A stretch of DNA of 64,000 nt. It comes from an uncultured Clostridia bacterium. GTDB taxonomy: Bacteria > Acidobacteriota > Blastocatellia > UBA7656. The notes below the pieces were generated by a model. The model saw nothing but the letters and a program-made list of their open reading frames with translations. It did no database searches and was not told where the DNA came from. Of the stretch, positions 28,755 to 37,513 are shown one piece after another. The position numbers were made by a program, and so were the translations under genes. The stretch lies in NCBI GenBank assembly GCA_964468725.1, contig CAYXVU010000003.1, positions 3,681 through 67,680 of the forward strand, given 5' to 3'. Each line of letters begins with the position of its first letter. Position 1 is the first letter of the stretch.

Positions 28755-29497
28755 GGAGGCGGCAGGCTGCGACGCAGGAGAGTGTGGAACACGACCATTC
28801 ACCGGAAGCCATCAGAGACCGGCTCTCTGCCGGGCCTCGACATAGTTACCTCCGCGATTGGGTCTATGGCGGGATAGATGGCGCGGTCACCACTTTCGCG
28901 GTCGTTGCGGGAGTGATCGGCGCCAGCCTCTCTCCGAAAGTCGTTCTCATCATCGGCGCGGCCAATATCTTGGCCGATGGGTTTTCCATGGCGGCCAGCA
29001 ACTATCTGGGAACCAAAACCGAACACGACGAGCGCGAACGCTTGAAGGCCATCGAACATCGCCACATTGACGCCTCCCCCGAAGGCGAGCGCGAAGAGAT
29101 TCGCCACATCTATCGAGAGAAAGGATTCGAAGAAGAGGAGTTGGAGCGCGTTGTCGAATTGATTACGGCTGACCGCGAGCGTTGGGTGCAGACCATGCTG
29201 GTTGAAGAGTACGGCTTGCCGATGGAGGTGCGCTCCGCCTGGCTGGCGGCGCTTTCGACCTTCAGCGCCTTTCTGATCTGCGGATTGGTTCCCTTGCTAC
29301 CGTTTCTGTTCGGGTGGAGTGAGGCTTTCGGGTTGTCTACGACGCTGACCGGGATTACCTTCTTTGCCATCGGCAGCGTGAAGAGTTTTTGGTCAACCGT
29401 CTCGTGGCTGCGCTCCGGCATCGAAACGTTGGCCGTTGGTTCGGCGGCTGCCGGACTTGCGTATGCGGTCGGCGTGCTGCTCGGCGGGCTGCAATGA
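28751..29497 (+). CDS. VIT1/CCC1-family iron/manganese transporter
   Basis: YLRDWVYGGIDGAVTTFAVVAG and later TM helices typical of VIT family members. GTG start overlapping the upstream stop. Confidence 0.75.
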   Translation: MRRRQAATQESVEHDHSPEAIRDRLSAGPRHSYLRDWVYGGIDGAVTTFAVVAGVIGASLSPKVVLIIGAANILADGFSMAASNYLGTKTEHDERERLKAIEHRHIDASPEGEREEIRHIYREKGFEEEELERVVELITADRERWVQTMLVEEYGLPMEVRSAWLAALSTFSAFLICGLVPLLPFLFGWSEAFGLSTTLTGITFFAIGSVKSFWSTVSWLRSGIETLAVGSAAAGLAYAVGVLLGGLQ

Positions 29498-29782
29498 ATG
29501 GCCAAAACGCAATCTGACGACGCCCGTCGAAACGGGTCACTGGTCACCAAACGATTGTCAGAATAACCCTTCGCGGTGTGAACTTCCGCACCCGATTGCG
29601 CGCTTTCACGCAATTTCACCCTACTCTCTTCCTGAACTTGTTGCTCTGATAGGGAATCATCACCGTTATGGGCGGCATAGTGATTGCAACCTTTACATCG
29701 TTCGGCATAGTAAGGATGAGGGTTGAGTTTCGCACGCCGGTATGTGCTTAGCAGGCAGGAAGCGGAAGGGAGGGACAGGGCG

Positions 29783-30505
29783 ATGAAATCATCTTTCGGA
29801 TTGTGCATGATCGAGAATTGTTTGGACTGTGAGCAGCGCACACACTATCTATTTTGCAATCTTTCTCCTGATTCGTTACAGGCGCTTGAAGAGATCAAAT
29901 ACACAACGCTCTATTCGAAGGGAACGGTTCTCTTTGTCGAAGGTCAGTCGGCGCGCGGCATCTTTATCCTCTGTCAGGGGCGCGTGAAGTTATCGACTAC
30001 GTCGAGTGATGGCAAGACCTTGATAACAGAGATTGCCGAAGGCGGGGAAGTGTTGGGGCTGAGCGCGACGGTTTCTGGCACAACCTACGAAGTGACCGCC
30101 GAAGCATTGGAATCTTGTCAGGTGAATTTCATTCGCCAAAGCGACTTTCGAACCTTTCTATCGGCGCATAACGACGCCGCCTTACGAGTTGGTGAACATC
30201 TCAGCCGCAACTATCAAACCGCGCACGAGCAGCGTCGAACCATTGGGCTGGCGCGCACCTCGCTGCAAAAGTTTGCCAACTTCCTGCTCGAATGGAGCGC
30301 GCAGCAGGGCAAGCCGACCGAACAAGGCGTGCGCTTGAAGATTACCTTGACGCACGAAGCCATCGCGCAAATGATCGGGGCATCGCGCGAGACTGTGACG
30401 CGACTCTTCGGCGATTTGAAGAGTCGCGGAGTGATTCACGTCAAAGGCTCAACCTTGCTGATTTGTGATCCCGACGTCCTCCAAGAATTAGCTCACCCCG
30501 GATAG
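29783..30505 (+). CDS. Crp/Fnr-family transcriptional regulator with an N-terminal four-Cys cluster (FNR-type Fe-S sensor candidate)
   Basis: cNMP-binding-like beta-roll plus C-terminal HTH (ETVTRLFGDLKSRGVIHVKGS). N-terminal C8/C13/C16/C25 (CMIENCLDCEQ...C). RBS GGGAGGG. Confidence 0.8.
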   Translation: MKSSFGLCMIENCLDCEQRTHYLFCNLSPDSLQALEEIKYTTLYSKGTVLFVEGQSARGIFILCQGRVKLSTTSSDGKTLITEIAEGGEVLGLSATVSGTTYEVTAEALESCQVNFIRQSDFRTFLSAHNDAALRVGEHLSRNYQTAHEQRRTIGLARTSLQKFANFLLEWSAQQGKPTEQGVRLKITLTHEAIAQMIGASRETVTRLFGDLKSRGVIHVKGSTLLICDPDVLQELAHPG

Positions 30506-30986
30506 AAAATCAGCGACCGCCTGCCCTGACCGCTTGCTTTCCGATATGTGACCTGGATTACGTGGAGCCGTGATGGCGCGCACTGACTATCGCGGGTTCA
30601 GGAGGGTAAACTAATTGTCGTTTTTAGCGCTTGTCGCGTGGCTTTCCGTTGCCTGTGACCATGAGGACATCTGCGCCGTTTTGATGATTTAACGATGAAT
30701 CCGATTTCCGTCACATCCAATGGAAAACGGCTATCGTAGTGAGGCTTGGCCTCACAGTCATTCATCGGGTCAGGGACGCTGGCTGGCGTGTGGTGAATCA
30801 TCCGACTATGTGGCAGGGTCAGTTGCGGTTGACCTCTGACCGCACCCCGAGCAAGTCGGGACGGGGTACTGCCCAAACGAAGAAACGAATGACAAAGTTG
30901 AAGCCTATCGCACCCTCGCCGTAGAGCCGACTTGGCGCCGCGAACGCCTCCACTCCTCAGCCGCCTGCCTGACATCACCAAAAGAG

Positions 30987-32450
30987 GTGTCAGCTATGAA
31001 ATACAAGCCTGTTATCTTTGCCCTTCTCACTCTGTTTCTGTTGCTGCCAACGCACCATCATTTTAGCCAAAATCAATCCGCCGCCCGCACCGAAACGAAT
31101 TGGGGATTGCATACGACAACCTTTACGACTCCGCACGGACAAGTTCGGGTCTATCTGCCGGATGACTTGTCCGTCGGCGATGCCATATCGGGAACGGTGA
31201 TGGCTGAACCGGCGGGACAAACGGCAGATGAGCGCCGGAAGAACGGCGATGAGTTGAACGGCTATGTCGTAGAGTTGGGAGACCGCAAGGTCACGACCTC
31301 GGAAAAGCAGTTTCAATGGATGGTTCCGGCAGACGCGACGACGGGCCTGGTGCAACTGATCCTCCGCAATAACGGTAAGCGGGAGATTGGCAAAACGGCA
31401 GTTCCGGTCTCTCAGTTCTCCCAAGCGGCTGAAGGCTGGCCTACCGGAACGGGACAGGATTTTTTCTTACCCCATGCCGCTCAAGCGGGTAGACCGATTC
31501 AAATCTCTGGTCGGTTTGACGGGAAGTGGAATACGACCCGCCTGCAAATTGGCGGGCAAGAGGCGCGCATTTTGGCTGAGTCTCCGCGCAAGATCGTCGG
31601 AGAAAATCCGCAAGAGAGGGTCGGGCAGATCGAGATTGAGGTGCGTGAAGGCAGCCGCATAACTCGGGGGAAGTTACACAACCTCGGCGTCCGACTCAGT
31701 TCGCCCAAGCTCAACTTGATAAGAGGCGAGCAGACAACCCTGATGATAGAAGTGACCGGACTGGTTGGACTTGAGCAAAACATCCCTTTGGTTATTGAAA
31801 ACCGAACGCCGCAAGTTGTCTCTCTGGAAGGCGGCGATGTCTTGACGGTCGTCATTGACCCGCAAAAGGTCTCGGCCACAGACCTCTACAGGCTCACTCT
31901 ACCCCTGATCGGGGTCAGCACCGGGAGTTTCTCGATTCAGGCTTCCGTACAATCGGAAATCCCGCCGCCCTACTCCTGTTGCGAAAGGGAGATTCGCTTG
32001 AAAGCGGACGCCAAAGGCGACTCAGATGGCAAAACGATGATTATCAACAATCAGACGCAAAGAGTCATATCTATCCGCATCAAGGTGCCGATTCAATTTG
32101 ATTGTCAGGAAGAGAGAGAAAAGGATTGCATCGGCAAGTTCAACGCCTCCATCCAATACGAGCCGCGCCAATATAACAAAGCGATGGATAACTATGACGT
32201 GAAACCCGAAACCTCGAGCTTGAGAAACAGTTGGAGCAAAGCCAAATGCGATGGTCACAGCCACTCGGATACGGTGACCGTATTGTGGGAAGGAACCTAT
32301 CCGGGAACGCATGCCGTGAAAGGAACGCTGAAGCTGGAACTGACGACCGCGAAGGAGAAAGGACAAATCAATCACCTCCTTTCCCTTGATGTGGATGCCA
32401 GTGCTGACAAAGTAACCTTGAAAAACGCCCGCCTGGATGCCTTGAAGTAG
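30987..32450 (+). CDS. Secreted hypothetical protein
   Basis: 487-aa ORF with an N-terminal signal peptide and good coding periodicity. No recognisable domain. Confidence 0.5.
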   Translation: MSAMKYKPVIFALLTLFLLLPTHHHFSQNQSAARTETNWGLHTTTFTTPHGQVRVYLPDDLSVGDAISGTVMAEPAGQTADERRKNGDELNGYVVELGDRKVTTSEKQFQWMVPADATTGLVQLILRNNGKREIGKTAVPVSQFSQAAEGWPTGTGQDFFLPHAAQAGRPIQISGRFDGKWNTTRLQIGGQEARILAESPRKIVGENPQERVGQIEIEVREGSRITRGKLHNLGVRLSSPKLNLIRGEQTTLMIEVTGLVGLEQNIPLVIENRTPQVVSLEGGDVLTVVIDPQKVSATDLYRLTLPLIGVSTGSFSIQASVQSEIPPPYSCCEREIRLKADAKGDSDGKTMIINNQTQRVISIRIKVPIQFDCQEEREKDCIGKFNASIQYEPRQYNKAMDNYDVKPETSSLRNSWSKAKCDGHSHSDTVTVLWEGTYPGTHAVKGTLKLELTTAKEKGQINHLLSLDVDASADKVTLKNARLDALK

Positions 32451-32482
32451 AGAAGGCGCTTCAAATTGTCTGGTACAGGAGG

Positions 32483-33079
32483 ATGGATATGAAGAACTTG
32501 TCTAAAAGCAAGATCAGAGTTACCGGATGGATGCTGGGATTCCTCACCACTCTGCCCCTCACTCTTATGGCCCAAGGTGGAGGAAGAGTGCCATCCGCCG
32601 AACAAGCCCTTACTCGTGAACTCAGCGCGGCCCTACTCGAAGCCGCTCAGAAACAACATCTCAACCTTGATCTGGCCGGTTTGGTTTACGTCGGTCAGCG
32701 AGGCACCTTAGTGGCCAACGTTGGCGTGAGCGGAGTTGAACGGTTGCGCCTGGAAGACCTGGCGCGCGGCGCGGATGTTTTCTTCTTCCATCTTGCAACC
32801 AATCACAAATCGGCTGTACCGCCGGGCTTTTACAAAGTTCGTCTATCACGAGAAGCGCAATCGCAGACGCCCATGAGCCAACGCGCGATCAATACCGGAG
32901 GCTGGCAGGCCAAGTTGATTGATGACACTGGCAAGGTGGTCGCCACGCGCTCGGCTCAGGTCGGCTCAGGAGAGGAGACGCAACGGATCAGATGGACGGC
33001 GGGTTTTGGCGAATGCGGTTTTTACATTGATGCCCATTGGAGTTCGATTACGGTCACCGTTTGTATCGGTGTGGATTGA
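32483..33079 (+). CDS. Secreted hypothetical protein
   Basis: 198 aa with a signal peptide (LTTLPLTLMAQG). Confidence 0.45.
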   Translation: MDMKNLSKSKIRVTGWMLGFLTTLPLTLMAQGGGRVPSAEQALTRELSAALLEAAQKQHLNLDLAGLVYVGQRGTLVANVGVSGVERLRLEDLARGADVFFFHLATNHKSAVPPGFYKVRLSREAQSQTPMSQRAINTGGWQAKLIDDTGKVVATRSAQVGSGEETQRIRWTAGFGECGFYIDAHWSSITVTVCIGVD

Positions 33080-33247
33080 ATGACCCTCGCCAAGTCGGCG
33101 ACTATGCAATGGCGACTCGGGGGCGTCCGTTTGTCGGCAGGCGGCAATGTGATGGCGATCACAGGTGAGCGTGATCGTGGATACCGATTTTTTGCCGCCG
33201 ATTTTTTATGCTCATCCCAGCTAATTGAAACTTTTCGGCGGAGGATG

Positions 33248-33646
33248 AGTATGAAACGTCTTTTTATCATTGGGTCGCTGGTCTTATTGGTAACCGCCTT
33301 TGCTTCTTCCTTCGTTCCGCGCAGCCAAGCGAGCGAGTCGGAACGGCAAAGCGCCGTGTTTGAATTCAAAGAGCGCGTCAAACTCAGAGGGGTCTATCTG
33401 ACAGGCAAATGCCTTTTCGTTCACGATGAAAAATTGATGGCTGCAGGGCAGCCGTGTACGGAAATCTATAGCTATGAGGGCAATCGCCGGGGCGAATTGT
33501 TGACCTCTTTTCATTGCACGCCGGTGGCGCGTGGCAAAGTCTCGCAATTCACGCTGACCAGCGTTTGGCGCGGCGCACCGCACAACATCCGCGAAGTGCG
33601 CGAATATCAATTTGCCGGTAGCACCGAAGGGCATCAGGTTCCTTGA
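33248..33646 (+). CDS. Small secreted hypothetical protein
   Basis: ~132 aa counted from MSMKRLFIIGSLVLLVTAFA. It is followed by a canonical terminator. Confidence 0.45.
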   Translation, partial: SMKRLFIIGSLVLLVTAFASSFVPRSQASESERQSAVFEFKERVKLRGVYLTGKCLFVHDEKLMAAGQPCTEIYSYEGNRRGELLTSFHCTPVARGKVSQFTLTSVWRGAPHNIREVREYQFAGSTEGHQVP

Positions 33647-33720
33647 AGATTGGATGATAGAGAAGCAGGAGTCGAATCCTACTGGTTTGCAACTGTGAGT
33701 GGATCGTCTGTCTCAGAAGT

Positions 33721-33758
33721 CCTGCCGCAACCGGGCGGCAGGACATTTTTTATTCTTT
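33721..33758 (+). terminator. Rho-independent terminator (CCTGCCGC-AACCGG-GCGGCAGG followed by ACATTTTTTATTCTTT)
   Basis: 8-bp GC-rich stem, 6-nt loop, T-tract. It lies downstream of the 33248..33646 gene. Confidence 0.65.
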
Positions 33759-33896
33759 GCAGACCATCGAGGCCGTCGCCCCTCGCCAAACGGCGTGACG
33801 CGAATCACCCGCGACGGTGACCGGTGGCACAGCGCCCGGCAGACGATTTGCGCTCCAATTACCCATGAGAAACGCCAGACTCTCGGGGGACGAATC

Positions 33897-34367
33897 ATGA
33901 TGGTAGAGAGATGGGAAAGCGACTGTTTTGTAGTTGGCAAGAGCCACAGCCGATTGGTGGAGTCTTCGTTACAGGGCGCGCCAGTATATGTGGTGGCGGC
34001 ATTCGTACGTGCAGCGATGATTGGGGAGACGAGCGCCGTCGCGCGGCTGTTGGCCTGCGGTCTGGACGTGAATGTGGCGGATGAGAACGGTAGGACGGCA
34101 TTGCTCGAAGCGGCCTTTGGCGGGCATGTCGAGACGGTGCGGACACTGCTGGCCAAAGATGCAGACGTCAACGCTTGCGATTCGGATGGCTGGACGCCGC
34201 TGATGGAGGCGGCATCGAAAGGGCATACCGAGATTGTAAAGGACTTGCTCGCTCAGGGTGCGAATCCAAAGGCGCGGACGAAGACGGGTTGCACGGTATG
34301 GCAAGCGGCAGCAAAGAGTCATGCGGAGATTGGGCGTCTGCTTGCCGATGCCGGTGCGAAAGGATAA
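33897..34367 (+). CDS. Ankyrin-repeat protein (three or more ANK repeats)
   Basis: GRTALLEAAFGGHVETVRTLLAKDADVNACDSDGWTPLMEAASKGHTEIVKDLLAQGANP. The start was chosen downstream of the terminator, with GGGGGA upstream. Confidence 0.65.
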   Translation: MMVERWESDCFVVGKSHSRLVESSLQGAPVYVVAAFVRAAMIGETSAVARLLACGLDVNVADENGRTALLEAAFGGHVETVRTLLAKDADVNACDSDGWTPLMEAASKGHTEIVKDLLAQGANPKARTKTGCTVWQAAAKSHAEIGRLLADAGAKG

Positions 34368-34375
34368 TTGCAAAG

Positions 34376-34930
34376 ATGTCGTTTGCCATCTACAACCTCA
34401 AACATGAACATCGGATCATCGAAAGAGCCTTGCGCGCGTTGGAGGGCATCTGTTTGCGACTCGAAGCAGGAGATGCCGTACCGCTCGACGCGCTGATGCA
34501 GGCGGTGGAATTCATCGGCACATTTGCCGATTCCTATCACCACGGCAAAGAGGAAGAGTTTCTCTTTCCGGCGCTTGAACGAGCGGGCATCGAGCGGGCG
34601 GGCGGAGCGTTGGGCGCGATTGACCATCAACATGAACTCGAACGCGAATTGACTTCGGGCTTGAATCGCGCCATTCGCGCTTGCCAACTCGGCAATGAAG
34701 GCGCGCAGGAATTATTCGTCACGGACGCGCGGCGTTATGTGGATTTGATGATCCGACACATGCAGATGGAAGACAGTATGCTCTTTCGACTGGCGGACGA
34801 AGTGCTCAGCGAAGAGGAGCACGACCAACTTCAGCAAGCGTTCCGACAGGCACAGTCCGAATTGGGGATGGCCGGTGTGGAGCGCTATGAACGTTTGGCT
34901 GCCGAATTGGAACAGCAGTGGAGCGTTTGA
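34376..34930 (+). CDS. Hemerythrin-like (HHE cation-binding) domain protein
   Basis: Starts MSFAIYNLKHEHRIIERAL... It has His/Glu di-iron ligand spacing (H..E; HHGKEEEFLFP; H..E). Confidence 0.65.
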   Translation: MSFAIYNLKHEHRIIERALRALEGICLRLEAGDAVPLDALMQAVEFIGTFADSYHHGKEEEFLFPALERAGIERAGGALGAIDHQHELERELTSGLNRAIRACQLGNEGAQELFVTDARRYVDLMIRHMQMEDSMLFRLADEVLSEEEHDQLQQAFRQAQSELGMAGVERYERLAAELEQQWSV

Positions 34931-34990
34931 GCCAACGGTTGATGAGCGCCGACTGAACGGCGACTCGTTTAGACGCGAGTCGCAGGTGGC

Positions 34991-35068
34991 TTGCCGCAGG
35001 GCTGGGGAACCCTTTCTGCGGCAGGTGTTGCCGGATGGCCTGCATCAAGCATGAACTTGATGCAGGCC
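34991..35068 (+). terminator. Two consecutive strong hairpins downstream of the hemerythrin gene, including a perfect 13-bp-arm palindrome GGCCTGCATCAAG-CATGAA-CTTGATGCAGGCC (35037..35068)
   Basis: The palindromes were read directly from the sequence. The second is followed by a T-containing stretch, ATTACGTTTCTGG. Confidence 0.45.
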
Positions 35069-35184
35069 ATTACGTTTCTGGCAATCATTCAAGCGGCTCG
35101 CTATCCCATAGCAATTCGACTTGAGAAAATCGGCTCAACATTGTGAAATACAGGCCGTCATTTTTGTTCGCTTGAGGCAAGACT

Positions 35185-35637
35185 ATGAGAGCACGCACAC
35201 TACAAAGCATCATTCTGGGCATCGGGCTAGGGGTGATTGTCGGCATCGGCGGTTATACCTTCATCTATGCGAAGGGCTATTCCTATCTCACCAACGATCC
35301 GGCTTCGTGTGCGAACTGTCACGTCATGCAAGATCACTACGATGGTTGGATCAAATCGAGCCATCGGTCGGTGGCGACTTGCAATGATTGCCACACGCCG
35401 CCGGGTGCCATAGCCAAGTATGCAACGAAAGCCTCAAACGGCTTTTGGCACTCGTTCGCTTTTACGACCGGACGATTCCCCGAACCGCTGCGCATCAAAA
35501 CCCATAACCGCGAGGTCACCGAACAAGCCTGCCGGAAATGTCATCAAGAGATTGTTGATGCCATCGAAGGGCAGCACGCAGGCGCACAGGAGTTGTCCTG
35601 TCTGCGTTGTCACGGTTCGGTTGGCCATCTGAGATAG
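35185..35637 (+). CDS. nrfH: NrfH, membrane-anchored tetrahaem cytochrome c (NapC/NirT family) quinol dehydrogenase
   Basis: N-terminal TM helix plus four CxxCH motifs (CANCH, CNDCH, CRKCH, CLRCH) in ~150 aa. Confidence 0.85.
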   Translation: MRARTLQSIILGIGLGVIVGIGGYTFIYAKGYSYLTNDPASCANCHVMQDHYDGWIKSSHRSVATCNDCHTPPGAIAKYATKASNGFWHSFAFTTGRFPEPLRIKTHNREVTEQACRKCHQEIVDAIEGQHAGAQELSCLRCHGSVGHLR

Positions 35638-35752
35638 TCGGTGATTGTCCTTTGCGCTTTGCCGATCACCGGCAATTGACCAGCGGTTCGGAGAGTAAAT
35701 TGTCGGGCGCTGCTTGTACCCGACGACGAAATTCAAATAGGAGAGACAAGGT

Positions 35753-37150
35753 ATGGATGAAGCAGAAACGCCAGGCGCGCCTGCCCGCGCGCCGCAACAA
35801 CGTACCCTAAAGATCATCGTCATTACCGCTTTTATTTCGTTGCTCGTTGCCATTGGCGGCACAGCGTTGTTGGTCAATATCCTCGAACGCAAACAGGAAG
35901 GCCGCAATCCTTTCTATCGCGTCGTCGAATTGACCGATGAGGTGGATGATGCAGAGGTGTGGGGGAAAAATTTCCCGCTGCAATATGACGCTTACCGCCG
36001 CACCGTAGATCAAATTCGCACGCGCTTTGGCGGCAGCGAAGCCATACCACGCACGCCGACGGCAGCCGACCCACGCTCGATTGTCTCGCAATCGCGCCTC
36101 GAAGAAGACCCGCGATTGAAGATGATGTGGGCCGGGTATGCATTCGCAAAGGATTTCCGCGAAGAGCGCGGCCACGCTTTCATGCTTGACGATCAAACCT
36201 TCACCGAACGTCAGGTCGTCGTCAAACAACCAGGCACCTGCATGCATTGTCACGCATCGGTCTATGTGCCCTACAAACGGCTCGGCGACGGCGATTTGAT
36301 GAAGGGATTCGAGAAGATGAATCAGATGCCCTATAGCGAGGCGCGTCAGTTGGTCAGCCATCCGGTTACGTGTATTGACTGCCATGACCCCACCACCATG
36401 CAACTGCGTGTGACCCGCCCAGGTTTTATCGAAGGCATCGCGGCTCTGAAAGCCGGTCAAGGCATCGCCAACTATGATGTCAATCGGCAGGCGACGCGCC
36501 AAGAGATGCGCAGTTACGTCTGTGGGCAGTGCCACGTCGAATACTATTTCAAAGGGCCGGAGAAGCGTCTCGTCTATCCCTGGTCGAAGGGGTTGAAAGT
36601 GGATGAGATCATGGCCTATTACGAAGAGACGAAGCATAAAGATTGGACGCATGCCGAAAGCGGCGCTGAAGTGTTGAAAGCGCAACATCCGGAATTTGAA
36701 TTATGGAATCAGGGCATTCACGCGCGTTCCGGTGTGGCTTGCGCCGATTGCCACATGCCCTACAAGCGTGAAGGGGCACTCAAGATCAGCGATCATCACG
36801 TTCGCAGCCCGCTGCTCAACATCAGCTTTGCCTGTCAAACCTGTCACAAATGGCCGGAAGAAGAGTTGCGCGCTCGCGTCGAAACAATTCAGGAGCGTAC
36901 CTTCCGACTGCGCAACTTGGCGATGGACGCGCTGATCGAACTCATCAATGAGATCAAAGCCGCGCGCGCGGCGGGGAAGACCGACGATCAGCTTGCCGAA
37001 GCGCGGAGCTATCAGCGCAAGGCGCAGTTCTATCTGGATTTTGTGGAGGCGGAAAACTCAACCGGCTTTCATGCCCCGCAGGAAGCGGCGCGCATTCTCG
37101 GCGAGTCCATTGACTTTTCGCGGCGCGGACAGACAGCGTTGCGAAAATAG
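35753..37150 (+). CDS. nrfA: NrfA, pentahaem cytochrome c nitrite reductase (ammonia-forming); all five haems are CxxCH
   Basis: CMHCH, CIDCH, CGQCH, CADCH, CQTCH. Its size and position after nrfH fit. Strong RBS. Confidence 0.85.
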   Translation: MDEAETPGAPARAPQQRTLKIIVITAFISLLVAIGGTALLVNILERKQEGRNPFYRVVELTDEVDDAEVWGKNFPLQYDAYRRTVDQIRTRFGGSEAIPRTPTAADPRSIVSQSRLEEDPRLKMMWAGYAFAKDFREERGHAFMLDDQTFTERQVVVKQPGTCMHCHASVYVPYKRLGDGDLMKGFEKMNQMPYSEARQLVSHPVTCIDCHDPTTMQLRVTRPGFIEGIAALKAGQGIANYDVNRQATRQEMRSYVCGQCHVEYYFKGPEKRLVYPWSKGLKVDEIMAYYEETKHKDWTHAESGAEVLKAQHPEFELWNQGIHARSGVACADCHMPYKREGALKISDHHVRSPLLNISFACQTCHKWPEEELRARVETIQERTFRLRNLAMDALIELINEIKAARAAGKTDDQLAEARSYQRKAQFYLDFVEAENSTGFHAPQEAARILGESIDFSRRGQTALRK

Positions 37151-37164
37151 AGGAAAGCGAGGCG

Positions 37165-37440
37165 ATGATGGATTGGCGCGTATTGCTGACGACATTCGGC
37201 GTGATCTTTCTGGCGGAGATGGGCGATAAGACACAACTGGCGGCGATGACCATGTCCGCACAGACGAAGAAGCCATGGGCGGTTTTGATCGGCGCATCGT
37301 TAGCTCTCACTTGCGTCTCTGCGCTCGGCGTGGTTGTTGGCGCAGTGCTCAGTCAGTACATTCCGTTAGAATGGATCAAGCGGGCGGCAGGCGCAGCCTT
37401 TCTCGTCATCGGCCTCTTAATCTTGACGGGCAAATTGTAG
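37165..37440 (+). CDS. UPF0016 (GDT1/TMEM165) family half-size membrane protein
   Basis: E-x-G-D-K-T motif (LAEMGDKTQLAA). Three TM helices. 91 aa. Confidence 0.55.
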   Translation: MMDWRVLLTTFGVIFLAEMGDKTQLAAMTMSAQTKKPWAVLIGASLALTCVSALGVVVGAVLSQYIPLEWIKRAAGAAFLVIGLLILTGKL

Positions 37441-37513
37441 CCGGTCATCGAGGCCGACCGAATTGCAACGCTCCGACCTCCGCACGACGAGTCTTGCTTG
37501 AACAAGGAGTGAA

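Noticed and set aside
30598-30981. 127-aa minus-strand ORF and 61-aa plus-strand ORF in the long intergenic region
   Set aside because: Arg-rich with poor codon usage. No RBS. They overlap dense hairpin structure, so the region is treated as non-coding.
35807-36688. 293-aa ORF antisense to nrfA
   Set aside because: It is a shadow of a gene with five CxxCH motifs and a strong RBS.
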